A stretch of 64,000 nucleotides of DNA from an uncultured Chloroflexia bacterium. GTDB taxonomy: Bacteria > Chloroflexota > Chloroflexia > Thermomicrobiales > UBA6265. Both the position numbers and the translations under genes were made by a program. The DNA lies in assembly GCA_963777865.1 (NCBI GenBank), contig CAVZSG010000001.1:194064-258063 (forward strand). Reading direction: 5' to 3'. The notes under the pieces were generated by a model. It was not told the origin of the DNA, searched no databases, and worked only from the letters and a program-made list of their open reading frames with translations. This document shows, one piece after another, positions 10,552 to 21,804 of the stretch; positions within the stretch are counted from its first letter, which is position 1, and every line of letters starts with the position of its first letter.

Positions 10552-11306
10552 GGCAATAATCTCCGCTCGATGAACTCAAGAATTACGTTCAGCACCCACG
10601 CCACGAACCCGACCACAATCAGCCCAACGAAGAGATCGTCGATCTTGAGCAGGTTCCACGAGCGAATGATGTACCAGCCCAACCCGTTCGGATCCCGCTT
10701 GTTGCCATCAAGAAATTCTGTGCCAACAATCACCAGTAGGGCAAATCCGAGCGCGAGCCGAAAACCGGTGAAGATCGCCGGCAACGCTCCCGGAAGCGCA
10801 ACAGTCGTAAACATCTGCCATCGCGTCGCTCCCAGGTTCTCGGCCACATCCCGGAAGATTGAATCGATCGCCAGCACGCCACTCATCGTATTCAGCACGA
10901 TCAGGAAAAAGATCGAAACGACGATGATCGCCAGCTTCCCGCTCTCACCCGTACCGAACACTATGAGGATCAGCGGCAGCACAGCAAGCTTCGGAATCGC
11001 GTAGATCGCGGTCGCGATCGGCATCAGAAACACCCGGATCGGCCAATAGAGACCCATCGCCAGTCCAACCAGAACACCCGGAATCGCGGCGATCAGAAAT
11101 CCAAGCAAGACCCGGGTCATGCTGATCCGGATGTTGGTCCAGAGCGCTCCGGTTTCAAACTGCTCGTACAGGGTGTCGATCAGAGATGTCGGCGCCGGCC
11201 AGAACCGGGCATCGATCAACCCGGACCGACTCAGAGCCTCCCAGATTCCGAGCAACACCAACGGCCCTGACAACGCCAGAAGCAATTCCTGCGAACGGCG
11301 GCTCAT
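10527..11306 (-). CDS. ABC transporter permease, NitT/TauT (SsuC-like) family
   Basis: 259 aa, about six TM segments, BPD-type permease sequence. Sits in an operon with the ATPase and the binding protein. Confidence 0.85.
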   Translation of the reverse strand: MSRRSQELLLALSGPLVLLGIWEALSRSGLIDARFWPAPTSLIDTLYEQFETGALWTNIRISMTRVLLGFLIAAIPGVLVGLAMGLYWPIRVFLMPIATAIYAIPKLAVLPLILIVFGTGESGKLAIIVVSIFFLIVLNTMSGVLAIDSIFRDVAENLGATRWQMFTTVALPGALPAIFTGFRLALGFALLVIVGTEFLDGNKRDPNGLGWYIIRSWNLLKIDDLFVGLIVVGFVAWVLNVILEFIERRLLPWRVDGRP

Positions 11307-12170
11307 GATGCAGATCCAGCTCGCGGAACCGGATCAATCTGCACTTCGTCCCGAAGCAGATTCCAGATCTCCTGAAACCGCGCGCCGAATTGGGGATCGG
11401 TGCGTACATCGAGGAAGCTTCTCGGCCGCGGGAAGTCCACATTGATGATCGCCTTGATGCGACCAGGCTGCGCGGTGAAAACCACAACCCGATCAGCCAT
11501 CACCAACGCTTCATCGATCGAGTGGGTAATGAAGACAACCGTCTTGCGGGTTCGCTCCCAGATGTCGAGAACGTCGTCCTGCAGCACAAGCTTGGTCTGC
11601 TCATCCAGCGCACTGAACGGCTCATCCATCAACAACAGATCCGGATCGACCGCCAACGCCCGCGCAATTGCCACCCGTTGCCGCATACCCTCCGAAAGCT
11701 GGTGCGGATACGAGAACCGGAATCGCTCAATTCCGATCATCTTGAGCAGTTCATTGCCCCTTGGCCGTGCGCTCACGCCGACCCACCCCAGCCAGATGCA
11801 GCCCGTAGGTGATGTTGTCTTCGACGGTCATCCACGGAAACACTGATCGACCCTGAAACACCAGCGCATTCGTCGGTGGGGTAGGGCCACTGGTGAGCGT
11901 CCCGGACGTCGCCCGGTCCAGACCGCTCAGGATGCGCAGGAACGTGGTCTTGCCGCAACCGGACGGACCAACGATTGCCAGAAATTCGCCGGTTCGGATA
12001 TCAAGCGAGACATCCTCGATCGCGTTGAGCGTCCCGGCGGCCGAGTCAAACGTGCGAGTCAGGTTTTCCGCCCGGATGAGTGAATCGGTTCTCGCAGTTG
12101 AATGAGGGGCGGCGGTCCCGTGGACCGCCTGCGCCACCGGCTCGTCGGCCGATGGCGCTGCGGATGTCAT
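11303..12170 (-). CDS. ABC transporter ATP-binding protein, NitT/TauT family; one apparent frameshift
   Basis: Walker A GPSGCGKTT (ORF 11751..12170). Signature LSEGMRQRVAIARAL and Walker B LLLMDEPFSALD (ORF 11303..11776). Frame change near 11765-11775. Confidence 0.85.
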
Positions 12171-12190
12171 GCTGGTCGTCCCAACCTTGG

Positions 12191-13297
12191 TTACGTGTCC
12201 AGTTCGGCCAGCGCGGCATCGAGTGCCGTCCGGTCGATCATGGTGTTCGGATCAATATCGGTATCGTATTCGAGTTCATCGCGGGTCCGGAAGAAGGCCT
12301 GCAACGTGCTCAGCCCCTCCACATTGATCGAACCGTCCACCGTGAACATCGGGGAAACTGCCGACGTAATCAAGTCTTCCGGCAAACCGGTGTACTCGGC
12401 AATGATCGGCAGAATCTCCGGATCACTGAAGCCGCGCTCCATGATCGCCCGCACGGCCTTCATGTACCCGATCATCAGGCCGGTCGCCGCTTCTGGATTG
12501 TTGGTGATGAAGTCCTGGTTGCCATACACAACCGTCGGAGTGATGCCCTGGACCTCGAAGTCGGTCGTCAGGCGAACCCCGATTCCCTTCTGCTCAGCCA
12601 GCGTCGCCGTCGGCTCACCGAGAATTGCCGCATCAATCGCACCGGATTCGAGGGCCGTAACGGCATCCGGGAAAGCAAGCGTCTGCAGATCGACGTCATC
12701 GATGGTCAGTCCACCCTGGGCGAGCGCCTGGCTCAGCCAGTACTCAGTCGCGCCCGGAGCATTGATCGAAACCTTCTTGCCCTTCAGGTCGGCAACAGAG
12801 GTGATCTCGCCAGATTCGCACTTCGCCTTGGAAACGACGAGCGGAGTTGCTACCGGATTTCCCTCGGAATGACCCGGGGCAATGATCTTGACTGGCAGAC
12901 CGCCGTTAACCGCGTTGAACAAGCCCGGTCCTGCGCCACCGATACCGGTGTTCAGATCGTTGGTCGCCAGCTGCGCAATCATTTCTGACCCGCCCGCGAA
13001 CTGCCGAAGTTCCACGTCAAGTCCCTGCTCAGCAAAATATCCAAGTTCGTATGCAACAAAAACCGGCGCAAAGTTCATGACCGGGATATAGCCCATCGAC
13101 ACGGATTCCAGCTCCGCGCCTTCAGCAACCTCTGCCTTGAGCGAGGGGAGTCCTGCTGTTGGAGTGGCCGCGACTGATGCGGCAGCTGGCTCGCACGAAG
13201 TGAGCGGTTCGGCGGCAATAGCCGTGGATCCGGACAGTCCGAGCGGAATGGTCATTGCGAATAGGGCGAAAACGAAGAGAAAACGAATTAATCGCAT
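12191..13297 (-). CDS. ABC transporter substrate-binding protein, NMT1/THI5-like (SsuA/TauA-type)
   Basis: 368 aa with a signal peptide. First gene of the ABC operon, with GGAGG 7 nt upstream of the ATG. Confidence 0.8.
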   Translation of the reverse strand: MRLIRFLFVFALFAMTIPLGLSGSTAIAAEPLTSCEPAAASVAATPTAGLPSLKAEVAEGAELESVSMGYIPVMNFAPVFVAYELGYFAEQGLDVELRQFAGGSEMIAQLATNDLNTGIGGAGPGLFNAVNGGLPVKIIAPGHSEGNPVATPLVVSKAKCESGEITSVADLKGKKVSINAPGATEYWLSQALAQGGLTIDDVDLQTLAFPDAVTALESGAIDAAILGEPTATLAEQKGIGVRLTTDFEVQGITPTVVYGNQDFITNNPEAATGLMIGYMKAVRAIMERGFSDPEILPIIAEYTGLPEDLITSAVSPMFTVDGSINVEGLSTLQAFFRTRDELEYDTDIDPNTMIDRTALDAALAELDT

Positions 13298-13423
13298 CTA
13301 CAACCTCCGTAGGTCGGAGCATCTCCAACAGTGAGCGTACCGAACGATTCGGGTACGTTGCCGCCGGGAAGTCTACCAGCGAGTCTCCGTGAGTGTTCTG
13401 TCAGCTACGCTGACATTTCCTCG

Positions 13424-14180
13424 CTACCATCTGATCTTGATACGTTCCTGAAACAGATTCAGACCATCCGCAGACCCGGAAATGTGCAGCCGTTCGCGTC
13501 CCGGGCGATTCCACAAGGTCAAGAACAAATCGCGCGCGGTGCCTTGGACAACACTATCGGCATCGTCTGTGGTGCCGCGCGTCACGACCGTTGGTTCGTC
13601 AGAAATCTCGAGCCGCCAGGACTCGCCGGTATCCGTCGCGTCAATTCGCAGCGACATTGGCTCATCACTCCGCAACTTCATGAATCGCCTTGGGACAAAC
13701 CCGGTCAGCAGTTCGTCGATTCCATCTGTCGCGCGTTTGGCATCGATAGCCGTTAGCGTACCGGCTGCGAGCTCAACATCGACCCGATGCACCGTTGTTT
13801 CATGCATCTGCCGTCGGCACCAGAACAGCTTTGGAGATTCCGAAACGATGAACGTCGCACATTGCAGATCATCAGGAGCGTCTTGAAGAGACTTGATCAG
13901 CAGCGCGAGCTCGTCGCGATAAAACTGGACCAGCTCATCGTCCGCGGGCCACTTGCCGAAAAGATCTTTCAGATCCTCGACTTCGAGCAGCGACCGCAGT
14001 TGGCCGCGAACATTCTCGCCGCACCACCGGTGAATCCCGGCCGTGTGCCGGACCAGATCTCGCACGGTCCATCCTGGGCAAGTCGGAATCTCCGCACCCG
14101 GATCGAGCTGTGGCGATTGTGTCGGCCAGCAACTGACCTTCGGCGGCCAGTCCGTCGATGTATTGCTCAGCCGTGAGCAT
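13424..14180 (-). CDS. maleylpyruvate isomerase family mycothiol-dependent enzyme (DinB-like, TIGR03083-type); one apparent frameshift
   Basis: N-terminus in ORF 13935..14180. VRDLVRHTAGIHRW and the C-terminal part are in ORF 13424..14065. Confidence 0.6.
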
Positions 14181-14875
14181 CAGTACCCCGTGCCAGCCTT
14201 CGCCGATTCGAGGTTGAAGCCATCGCTCTTGATGAAGTTCATGAATCGGCTCTCCCGGTCACGAATGACCCCAATCGCCGCCTCCAGGCCGTCCAGCACG
14301 TCATTGGGAACCACGACGATTCCATTAACGTCGCCGTGGAGGATATCTCCTGTCCTGATTTCCTGGCCGTCCAGCACGACCGGAATTCCGACATCGAGAA
14401 TCTCGAAATTGCCGTGACTGACAACCGGGAACTGGGCGAAATAGTGGAAGCCAAGCGCCTGAACTTCATGGAGGTCACGCAACCCACCGTCGACAACCAT
14501 ACCGACGGCACCAAGCTTTTTCGCCATCGTCGCCATCACTTCACCGGCGCAGGCATACCGCTCCGGAGCCTCGCTGACATCCTGCATGACGATGACCGAC
14601 GGCGATGGCATTTGGCTCAACGCCTCCCACATCGCCCAGTACCCGTCTCGCCCTGCGACCTTGCCCGGTTTCTGACCGATGGTGACCGTCAGCGCCTGCC
14701 CGACCATCACGCCCGCGTCATACATCGCCCGGACATATCCGCCGATGTAGCCGTCGGTCCGATCCCGAACCTTAAACGTCTCGATCGCATTGGCCACGGT
14801 CGGACTGTCGTACTGCTTCAGCCATTCGACAGTGGCCGCATCGATCGCAAAATCAGGCACAGAAAACGTACTCAA
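14180..14875 (-). CDS. RraA family protein (putative 4-hydroxy-4-methyl-2-oxoglutarate aldolase / oxaloacetate decarboxylase)
   Basis: 231-aa ORF with RraA-like sequence (SPTVANAIE..., VVDGGLRD, GDILHGDVNGIVVVP). Confidence 0.7.
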   Translation of the reverse strand: MSTFSVPDFAIDAATVEWLKQYDSPTVANAIETFKVRDRTDGYIGGYVRAMYDAGVMVGQALTVTIGQKPGKVAGRDGYWAMWEALSQMPSPSVIVMQDVSEAPERYACAGEVMATMAKKLGAVGMVVDGGLRDLHEVQALGFHYFAQFPVVSHGNFEILDVGIPVVLDGQEIRTGDILHGDVNGIVVVPNDVLDGLEAAIGVIRDRESRFMNFIKSDGFNLESAKAGTGY

Positions 14876-14909
14876 GAGTGACTCCTGTCAGCGAAGGGAA
14901 AACGAACGG

Positions 14910-16085
14910 TTATACGGATGTGAGCGTCAGGGTCGGCTTGTAGACGTTTGGATTGTTATGGGCTTCCGGCTCGATCCCGGCTCGCTTGTCGGCAGCTGCT
15001 TTCAGGATCTCGATCTTGAGCTCATCGAGCATTTCGGCCTCGGTCACGCGCTTCAGAATCTTGCCCTTGCGGAAGATGACGCCCATCGCCCGCCCCGCTG
15101 CCAAACCGATATCCGCATCCCGGGCCTCACCCGGACCATTGACTTCGCAACCCATCACAGCAACGCGGATCGGTTCGTCGATTGTCTTCAGGAACTCATC
15201 GACCTTGTCCGCCAGCGTGAACAAGTCGACCTCGGCCCGCCCACACGTTGGGCACGCGATCAACGTCGCACCCTTCTGCCGCAACTCAAGCGTCTTCAGA
15301 ATCTCGTACCCGACGAAGACTTCCTCAACCGGATCAGTCGTCAGGGAAACCCGGATGGTGTCACCGATACCCAGGGACAGCAGCGTGCCGAGACCAACCG
15401 CCGACCGAATAGATCCGGCCTTGGGTGTCCCAGCTTCGGTCACGCCCAGGTGCAGTGGGTAATCATTCGGCAACAAGGCAAATCGTCGATACGCTTCGAA
15501 CAGCACCGGCACCTCGAATGCCTTCAGGCTGATCTTGATCAAGCCGAAGTCGAGGTCCTCCAGAATCCGGACATGTGCCATTCCCGTCCGGACCATCCAC
15601 TCGGCCCTCATCTCGACCTGGGTCGCTCCGATGTCGTTCATCTCGTCGGCAAAGGCATCGGTGAAGGGCGGCACCGAACCGTAGTTCACGCCAATCCGGA
15701 TCGGCGTGCCCCGTTCCTTGGCCATCGTTACTACTTCACGCACATCTTCAGGCTTGCGGATGTTTCCCGGGTTCAGACGCAACCCATGGATTCCCGCCTT
15801 CAACGCGGTCAGCGCAAGCGTGTGCTCAAAGTGAATATCGGCAATGATCGGAATCGGCGAGTACGGGATGATGTCCGGCAGGGCATTCGCAGCCACCCGG
15901 TCCGGTACGGCGACGCGAACAATTTCGCAGCCCGCATCGGCAAGTCGGGCAATCTGCTCGAGTGTCGCCTTTGGATCCCGCGTATCTGTCGTAGTCATGG
16001 ATTGCACGACAATCGGATTGTCGCCTCCAATCTTGACCTTCCCGACTTCGAGGACTCTGGTGGTGCGCCGTGGTGCTAGTAACAT
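14910..16085 (-). CDS. ispG: 4-hydroxy-3-methylbut-2-en-1-yl diphosphate synthase
   Basis: 391 aa, VKIGGDNPIVVQSMTTTDTRD..., C-terminal CPTCGR cluster motif. Collinear with IspG/GcpE. Confidence 0.9.
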   Translation of the reverse strand: MLLAPRRTTRVLEVGKVKIGGDNPIVVQSMTTTDTRDPKATLEQIARLADAGCEIVRVAVPDRVAANALPDIIPYSPIPIIADIHFEHTLALTALKAGIHGLRLNPGNIRKPEDVREVVTMAKERGTPIRIGVNYGSVPPFTDAFADEMNDIGATQVEMRAEWMVRTGMAHVRILEDLDFGLIKISLKAFEVPVLFEAYRRFALLPNDYPLHLGVTEAGTPKAGSIRSAVGLGTLLSLGIGDTIRVSLTTDPVEEVFVGYEILKTLELRQKGATLIACPTCGRAEVDLFTLADKVDEFLKTIDEPIRVAVMGCEVNGPGEARDADIGLAAGRAMGVIFRKGKILKRVTEAEMLDELKIEILKAAADKRAGIEPEAHNNPNVYKPTLTLTSV

Positions 16086-16112
16086 GAGGTTTCCTCGCTC
16101 TTCCGTATCTAG

Positions 16113-17459
16113 TTACGGTAGAAACGAACCGCCCCCGAGTATTCGATCAATATCCCGGAACGCGATTACAAACATTAGACCAATCAGCAAGACAAGGCCG
16201 GCAAAATGCACGAGCCCTTCCTTCTCCGGGGATATCTTGCGCCCTCCCCGAACCAATTCGATTAACACAAAGAAAAGTCGTCCGCCGTCAAGCGCTGGCA
16301 AGGGCAAAAGATTGAGAATCGCGAGATTGAGCGACAGGATGATGCTCAGATTGGCCAGGACATACCAGACCGGGAAGGGACTCTCCCGCACCAGTTCGCT
16401 GGTAATCTGACCCATCCCAACCGGTCCAGCAACCTGGGAAAGCGCCTGGCGGTCGGTCAGAATCGTCCAAACCTGCTGGATCATCAGTTTGGTGGCCGCG
16501 AATGATTCCTCGAACCCGCGGGGAATGATCTCCATGAGCGGAATATCTTCAAAAACCGGAATCGAGCGCATGACTGGCATACCAACGTCAGCAAAAACGT
16601 CTGACCGGGGCCCGATCACCGGAATCGCTAGTGTGGTCGCCAGAAGTGCATCACCTCTCCGAACCACCACCGGTACCTCGGTCCCGTTGAATCGGGTGAG
16701 AATCGTTTCGAGCGAGAAAAAATCATCGATGGTCTGATCATTCACCGAGACGAACTGATCGCCCGGAAGTATCCCGGCAATTTCTGCGGGGGAACCGGCC
16801 TCGACCTCGTCAACCTGGACAAGCCCGACGTTTTCCTCCTGCATCAGGATGCCGACTCGACCCTGTCCTTCTGGCGGATTCTCACGCGGTACAAGGGTCG
16901 TCTCAATAAGCTGACCACCACGCTCGATCGTGATCGCGATCTCTCGACCGGCGTATTGCCGGGTCAACGTCGAGATCTGGCTGGTCGTTTCTACTGACTC
17001 GCCATTGGCCTCAGCGATACGGTCACCCGATTGCCATCCAGCCTGCGCGGCCGGAGAACCGCCAACAACCTGCTGGACATAGACGTTGCGGTGCAGATCA
17101 CCCTTTATCCCAAGCACTATGAACATCAGGAGTACTGCGAAGATCAAATTCATAGCCGCGCCCGCGGCAAGGAAGAACGCGCGCTGGGCAGGCGATTTGG
17201 AGTTCATGGAGTCCGACTCCAGGTTGGCGCCGTCCTCACCCTTTACCCGCACAAATCCGCCAAACGGGATCGCGTTGATTGACCAGATCACGCCATTGCG
17301 CGTCCAGCCAAACAAGCGGGGTGGGATGCCGATGCCAAACTCTTCAACCTTGACCCCGCACATTCGGGCGGCGAAGTAATGACCAGCTTCGTGAACAAGG
17401 ATCAGGGTCGCGAGTACGGGAATAATCCAGAGCCCGCTCGCAAACGCGTCAGAGAACAA
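16113..17459 (-). CDS. rseP: RIP metalloprotease RseP (M50 site-2 protease with PDZ domains)
   Basis: HEAGHYFAARMCGV zinc motif, PDZ-like middle region, LNLLPLPALDGG motif. The ispG-rseP neighbourhood is a common synteny. Confidence 0.9.
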   Translation of the reverse strand: MFSDAFASGLWIIPVLATLILVHEAGHYFAARMCGVKVEEFGIGIPPRLFGWTRNGVIWSINAIPFGGFVRVKGEDGANLESDSMNSKSPAQRAFFLAAGAAMNLIFAVLLMFIVLGIKGDLHRNVYVQQVVGGSPAAQAGWQSGDRIAEANGESVETTSQISTLTRQYAGREIAITIERGGQLIETTLVPRENPPEGQGRVGILMQEENVGLVQVDEVEAGSPAEIAGILPGDQFVSVNDQTIDDFFSLETILTRFNGTEVPVVVRRGDALLATTLAIPVIGPRSDVFADVGMPVMRSIPVFEDIPLMEIIPRGFEESFAATKLMIQQVWTILTDRQALSQVAGPVGMGQITSELVRESPFPVWYVLANLSIILSLNLAILNLLPLPALDGGRLFFVLIELVRGGRKISPEKEGLVHFAGLVLLIGLMFVIAFRDIDRILGGGSFLP

Positions 17460-17557
17460 GAACGTGCTCCTTTGCGACCATGCCGATTCGGCCTGATGGG
17501 TCGCCTGTTAAGGTCATGCTACCACCGGAAGACTGCCTGGCCGCCTCACCAATGGCA

Positions 17558-19396
17558 CTAACTTCCGGAATCAACCCAGACGAATGGCAGACTCCACAGG
17601 AATCCATATCCGTTCGGGAAAAAATTCTGAATCGAAGTGCTGTACCCGGTTCGAGCTACACCAAATCGAATCGGTCCAATCGGTAGATCCGTCCACACAA
17701 TCTGTGATTGCTCGATCTGGATTGCCGCCCGGGCCGCGGGATTGAATTCTCGTAGTTGCTGCTCTTCCAGAACATCGTAATCAGGATTGCAGTACGAACC
17801 AAAGTTGAATCCAGTCGTGGCTGCATCACAGGTGAATAGGATTCCCTGTCCTCCGTCCGGAGTCAAATTGATCGCGATCAGGGAAAGGTCGAAATCGCCG
17901 TCGTACAACCGTTGCTGCAGAATCTCACCGCCGAGGTTCTCCAGCTCAACCTTGACACCGATCGCCGTCCAGGACTCTTGCATGTACGCAAGCATTTGGT
18001 CGACGGTCGCATCTCCACCGACATAAAGGATCGAGAGTGAGAGTTCTTCGCCATTCTGATCGACCGAACCGTTGTCATTGGAATCCGTCCAACCGGCGTC
18101 GGCCAACAATTGGCGAGCCGCGTCAGGGTTGTACTCAAACGGCGGTTGCATCTGAGTCGGGTCGTATGCCGGTGAAAGAGGTGGCTGCGTACCGACGGCC
18201 GGCTCACCGAATCCCGCAAATATGTTGTCGGTAATCGATTGTCGATCGATCGCCTGCAACATCGCCTGGCGAACGCGCTGATCGGAAAACGCCGGAACTC
18301 GCTCACCATCCATATTCATTACGAAGTAGGTGACCGAGTAGATGTCATAAACCGAGACCGTCAAGCCGGGTGTGTTCTGGATTCGCTCAGTGTCTGGAGC
18401 CGGCAAAATCTCGACCAGGTCGATGTCTCCCGCTTCAAGCGTTCGCACCAGCGTGTCGGTCTCTGGTTGGATAACCATGACGAATTCATCCAGGTTCGGA
18501 ACCGTGTCGTAGTGGTTCGCATTCTTGCTCAGGGTCACTCGCTGACCCGGTTCCCAGGCAGAGAGCAGGAACGGCCCGGTTCCGACGACTCTCGAAAGGT
18601 CCGTTCCGGTGCTTCCACCATCGAAACTCCACTGTTCAACCGGAATCTCGCCCCAGATGTGCTTTGGCAGCATGAACACGGAAGCCGGTGCGTTATAGAG
18701 GAACGTCACGAATCGATCGGATGCAGTGATCTCAAACGTGTCGGCATCAACAACCCGATAGGAAGCGACGACCTCCCGGACCTGAGTTCGATATTGACTG
18801 TTCAGGTTGGGGTTGAGAACCGCATCGAAACTGAACTGGACGTCATCCGCGGTGAAGTCGACCCCGTCCTGCCACTTCGCCGTCGTGTTCAGTTTGAATG
18901 TGTAGGTCAGACCATCATCGGACACGGTCCAGCTATCGGCCAGCGCCGGAATCGGACGACCATCGATGGGACTGGCTCCGAGGAGTGGCTCAAAGACCTG
19001 GGCCAGAATGGTGATGGTCGTCGAATCAGATGCAAGCATCGGGTTGGCCGTACTGATATCAGCGCTCGATCCATAAATGATCGAACCTCCCGGCGTTCCC
19101 GCCGGCTGAATCCCGTACGTGGAAATCAGCGACGCTTTGAACTCCTCCCGAGTCATGGTGGAACCGGACGACGTCAACGAAACCGGAGAAGCAACCGGTG
19201 ACCCCGCCGGAGATGCAATCGGCGACGCGGCGTCTACAGAACCCGGAGTCGGAGTCGAGATCGCGCGGGTCGGCATCGGGGCAATTGTCGACGTCGGAGT
19301 TTTCGATCCGGAATCGCCTCCACATGCCGACACAATCAGTGCCACCAGCAGCAGTACAAAGGGAGTCGACCATCGGGAACGCCACGAAATGCGCAA
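17558..19396 (-). CDS. ABC transporter substrate-binding lipoprotein, family 5 (peptide/nickel type); no cognate permease or ATPase adjacent
   Basis: 612 aa, lipobox LIVSACGG, Pro/Ser/Thr-rich linker, then a family-5 SBP body. Confidence 0.8.
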   Translation of the reverse strand: MRISWRSRWSTPFVLLLVALIVSACGGDSGSKTPTSTIAPMPTRAISTPTPGSVDAASPIASPAGSPVASPVSLTSSGSTMTREEFKASLISTYGIQPAGTPGGSIIYGSSADISTANPMLASDSTTITILAQVFEPLLGASPIDGRPIPALADSWTVSDDGLTYTFKLNTTAKWQDGVDFTADDVQFSFDAVLNPNLNSQYRTQVREVVASYRVVDADTFEITASDRFVTFLYNAPASVFMLPKHIWGEIPVEQWSFDGGSTGTDLSRVVGTGPFLLSAWEPGQRVTLSKNANHYDTVPNLDEFVMVIQPETDTLVRTLEAGDIDLVEILPAPDTERIQNTPGLTVSVYDIYSVTYFVMNMDGERVPAFSDQRVRQAMLQAIDRQSITDNIFAGFGEPAVGTQPPLSPAYDPTQMQPPFEYNPDAARQLLADAGWTDSNDNGSVDQNGEELSLSILYVGGDATVDQMLAYMQESWTAIGVKVELENLGGEILQQRLYDGDFDLSLIAINLTPDGGQGILFTCDAATTGFNFGSYCNPDYDVLEEQQLREFNPAARAAIQIEQSQIVWTDLPIGPIRFGVARTGYSTSIQNFFPNGYGFLWSLPFVWVDSGS

Positions 19397-19540
19397 GGCT
19401 CGTCCTTAAAACTTCAGCATGAACAGCCAGTCATCCTCGCTGCAGTGGGAACTGTACTCAAATCGGATAACAGGGCGGGAAAACAAGCACTCGAAAACGT
19501 GTCAACCAGTCAATTCTGGTCAGGTCTATCTGAATTGTTA

Positions 19541-19549
19541 TGTTAGAAT
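19541..19549 (+). promoter_or_regulatory. possible extended -10 promoter element upstream of ald
   Basis: TGTTAGAAT (TGn + TAGAAT) about 140 nt upstream of the ald ATG. I found no convincing -35 element. Confidence 0.25.
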
Positions 19550-19688
19550 CCGCCGTCGGGGAGTCTTCAGTCCAGTGCATCTCAATCACCACCTTTCCAC
19601 GTCAATCCGAGCGTAATTCCCGGATCCATGACCGCCCCGGGTCTCGATCAATGTGCCTTTCGCGTTATGAACTTGAGGTAGCCAGAGC

Positions 19689-20811
19689 ATGATTGTCGGA
19701 GTTCCCAAAGAGATCAAGGATCGGGAGAATCGGGTCAGTACGACCCCGGGCGGCGTCGCCGAATATCTTGCCCATGGGCACACCGTTTTGGTCGAACGTG
19801 ATGCCGGGGTCGGCAGCGGTTTCAGCACATCTGAATACGAAATTGCTGGCGCCCGAATCATTGATACACACGAAGCGGTCTTTGCCGAGTCCGACATGAT
19901 CGTCAAGGTCAAGGAACCGATTGCCAGCGAATACGACCTGCTCAAGCCGAATCAGCTGCTCTACACCTACTTGCATCTCGCCGCAGAGGAAGAACTGACC
20001 AAGGCGCTGATGCGCCAACAAGTTCAGGCCGTTGCCTACGAAACAGTTCAGCTGGCGAACGGTTCCCTGCCATTGCTGACTCCGATGAGTGAAGTTGCTG
20101 GCCGCATGGCAGTACAGGTCGGTGCCCATTACCTCGAGCGCACCAACGGCGGTCGCGGGCATGCTCCTCGGTGGCGTACCGGGCGTCCCCGGGGCCGAGG
20201 TTGTAATTGTTGGTGGTGGCATCGTCGGAACCAATGCCGCCCAGATGGCCCTTGGCATGGGCGCAAACGTCACGATTGTCGATCGCAGCATCGATCGCCT
20301 GCGATACCTGGATCAGGTCTTGCACGGCCGATGCCACACCCTCGCCTCCAACGGCCACAACTTGAAGGAAGCAGTTGCAAATGCGGACTTTGTCGTCGGC
20401 GGCGTCCTTCTGCCGGGAGCAAAGGCCCCGAAGCTCATTACCCGCGACATGATCTCGTCCATGAAGTCCGGATCGGTGGTGGTCGACGTGGCAATCGATC
20501 AGGGTGGCTGTTTCGAAACATCCAAGCCAACCTCGCACAGTAACCCGGTTTACGAGGTCGACGGCGTTACGCACTACTGTGTGACCAATATGCCCGGCGC
20601 AGTTGCACGAACAAGTACACTCGCGCTTTCTAATGTGACGTTGCCGTATGGATTGGCGCTGGCCGACAAGGGCCTCGCGGCGGCGGCGATTGCGTTCCCT
20701 GAATTGGCAAAGGGAATCAACGTCCTCAAAGGTGTTGTCACGTATCAGGCGGTTGCCGAAGCGTTCGGACTTTCATATCAGTCGTGGGATGCCGTCATTT
20801 CAGCGGCGTAG
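19689..20811 (+). CDS. ald: alanine dehydrogenase; one apparent frameshift
   Basis: MIVGVPKEIKDRENRV... (ORF 19689..20543) continues as MLLGGVPGVPGAEVVIVGGGIVGTNAA... (ORF 20089..20811). Junction at about 20155-20160 in CGCGGGC. Confidence 0.9.
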
Positions 20812-20840
20812 CACGGGGTCAACAACCTTCGGTCCCGGGG

Positions 20841-21780
20841 GTGAGAGGTATTCGATTGGTGGATGGAGAATTGAGACCTGCGGTTTCTGAATTTCTGACG
20901 ACGCTGGAGTCGGATAGGGGATTCGCGGCAAACACAATCGCAGCGTATCGGAACGACCTGGATCAGTTCTGCACGTACGTGCAGAATCCACCTGCCGATG
21001 ATCATGTTCCGGTCATTTCGGGCTGGAATGAACTGACCGATGTTCATCTGACAACCTACATCCTCCACCTCAAGGGACGCGAGTACGCTGCGTCCACGAT
21101 CGCCCGAAAAACGGCCGCTCTCAAGTCGTTCAGCGCCAATCTGGTCGAGCGCGGCGTCATCCGCAACGACCCGGCCGAAAAACTAAGCGCACCCCGAGTC
21201 GAGAAATACACCCCGAAATCGATAAGTCCGTCCGAAATCGACAACCTGCTCGCCCAGTCCGCCAAAGCCGCCGCCGAAAACCGGCCGGAAGGACTGCGCG
21301 ACCAGGCAATGCTGGAAACCCTCTATTCAACTGGAATGCGGGTCAGCGAGCTGGTCGCCCTCAACACGAACGATATCGATCTCGATCGCCGCCAGGCCCG
21401 TTGCACCGGTAAAGGCGGCCGCATGCGATCAGTCCCCCTCCGAACCAGTGCCATCAACGCACTTGCGTGCCTACATCGAGGGTGGTCGCAGCCGCATTGC
21501 CCCGAACGAGGAAGACGCCCTCTTCGTCAATCACCGCGGTAGCCGGCTGACCCGCCAGGGGTTCTGGTTGATCCTGAAGGCGTACGCGCGCCAGGCGGGG
21601 ATCGACGATGTCACCCCCCATACTCTGCGCCATTCCTTCGCAACCCACGCCCTGAGGCACGGGTACGAACTTCGGGATGTCCAGCAAATGCTGGGGCACG
21701 TCAGTATTTCCACAACCCAGGTCTATCGTCGTGTTGCGTCCAATGGCCAGGTTGACGAAACTGGTATCAGTGGCGAATAG
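20841..21780 (+). CDS. site-specific tyrosine recombinase, XerC/XerD family; one apparent frameshift
   Basis: N-terminal SAM-like domain ([16 protein letters not shown]). Catalytic region [15 protein letters not shown]...[12 protein letters not shown] lies in ORF 21448..21780. The GTG start at 20841 is a guess. Confidence 0.8.
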
Positions 21781-21804
21781 CAGCGGCGGGAGAAACCGGA
21801 CTAG

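Noticed and set aside
13298-13423. Possible TPP or other riboswitch in the 5' leader of the NMT1/THI5-like binding-protein operon. A 7-bp hairpin, TGTCAGC-TAC-GCTGACA, lies at 13399-13415.
   Set aside because: I found no CUGAGA / ACCUGAUCUGGAUAAUGCCAGCG-type TPP core in either orientation. The hairpin lacks a U-tract and may be no more than a weak terminator for the upstream gene.
19396-19688. 293-nt intergenic region upstream of ald, considered as a candidate riboswitch or sRNA.
   Set aside because: I could not match it to glycine, T-box or other leaders I know. Only a possible extended -10 (TGTTAGAAT) is reported, at low confidence.
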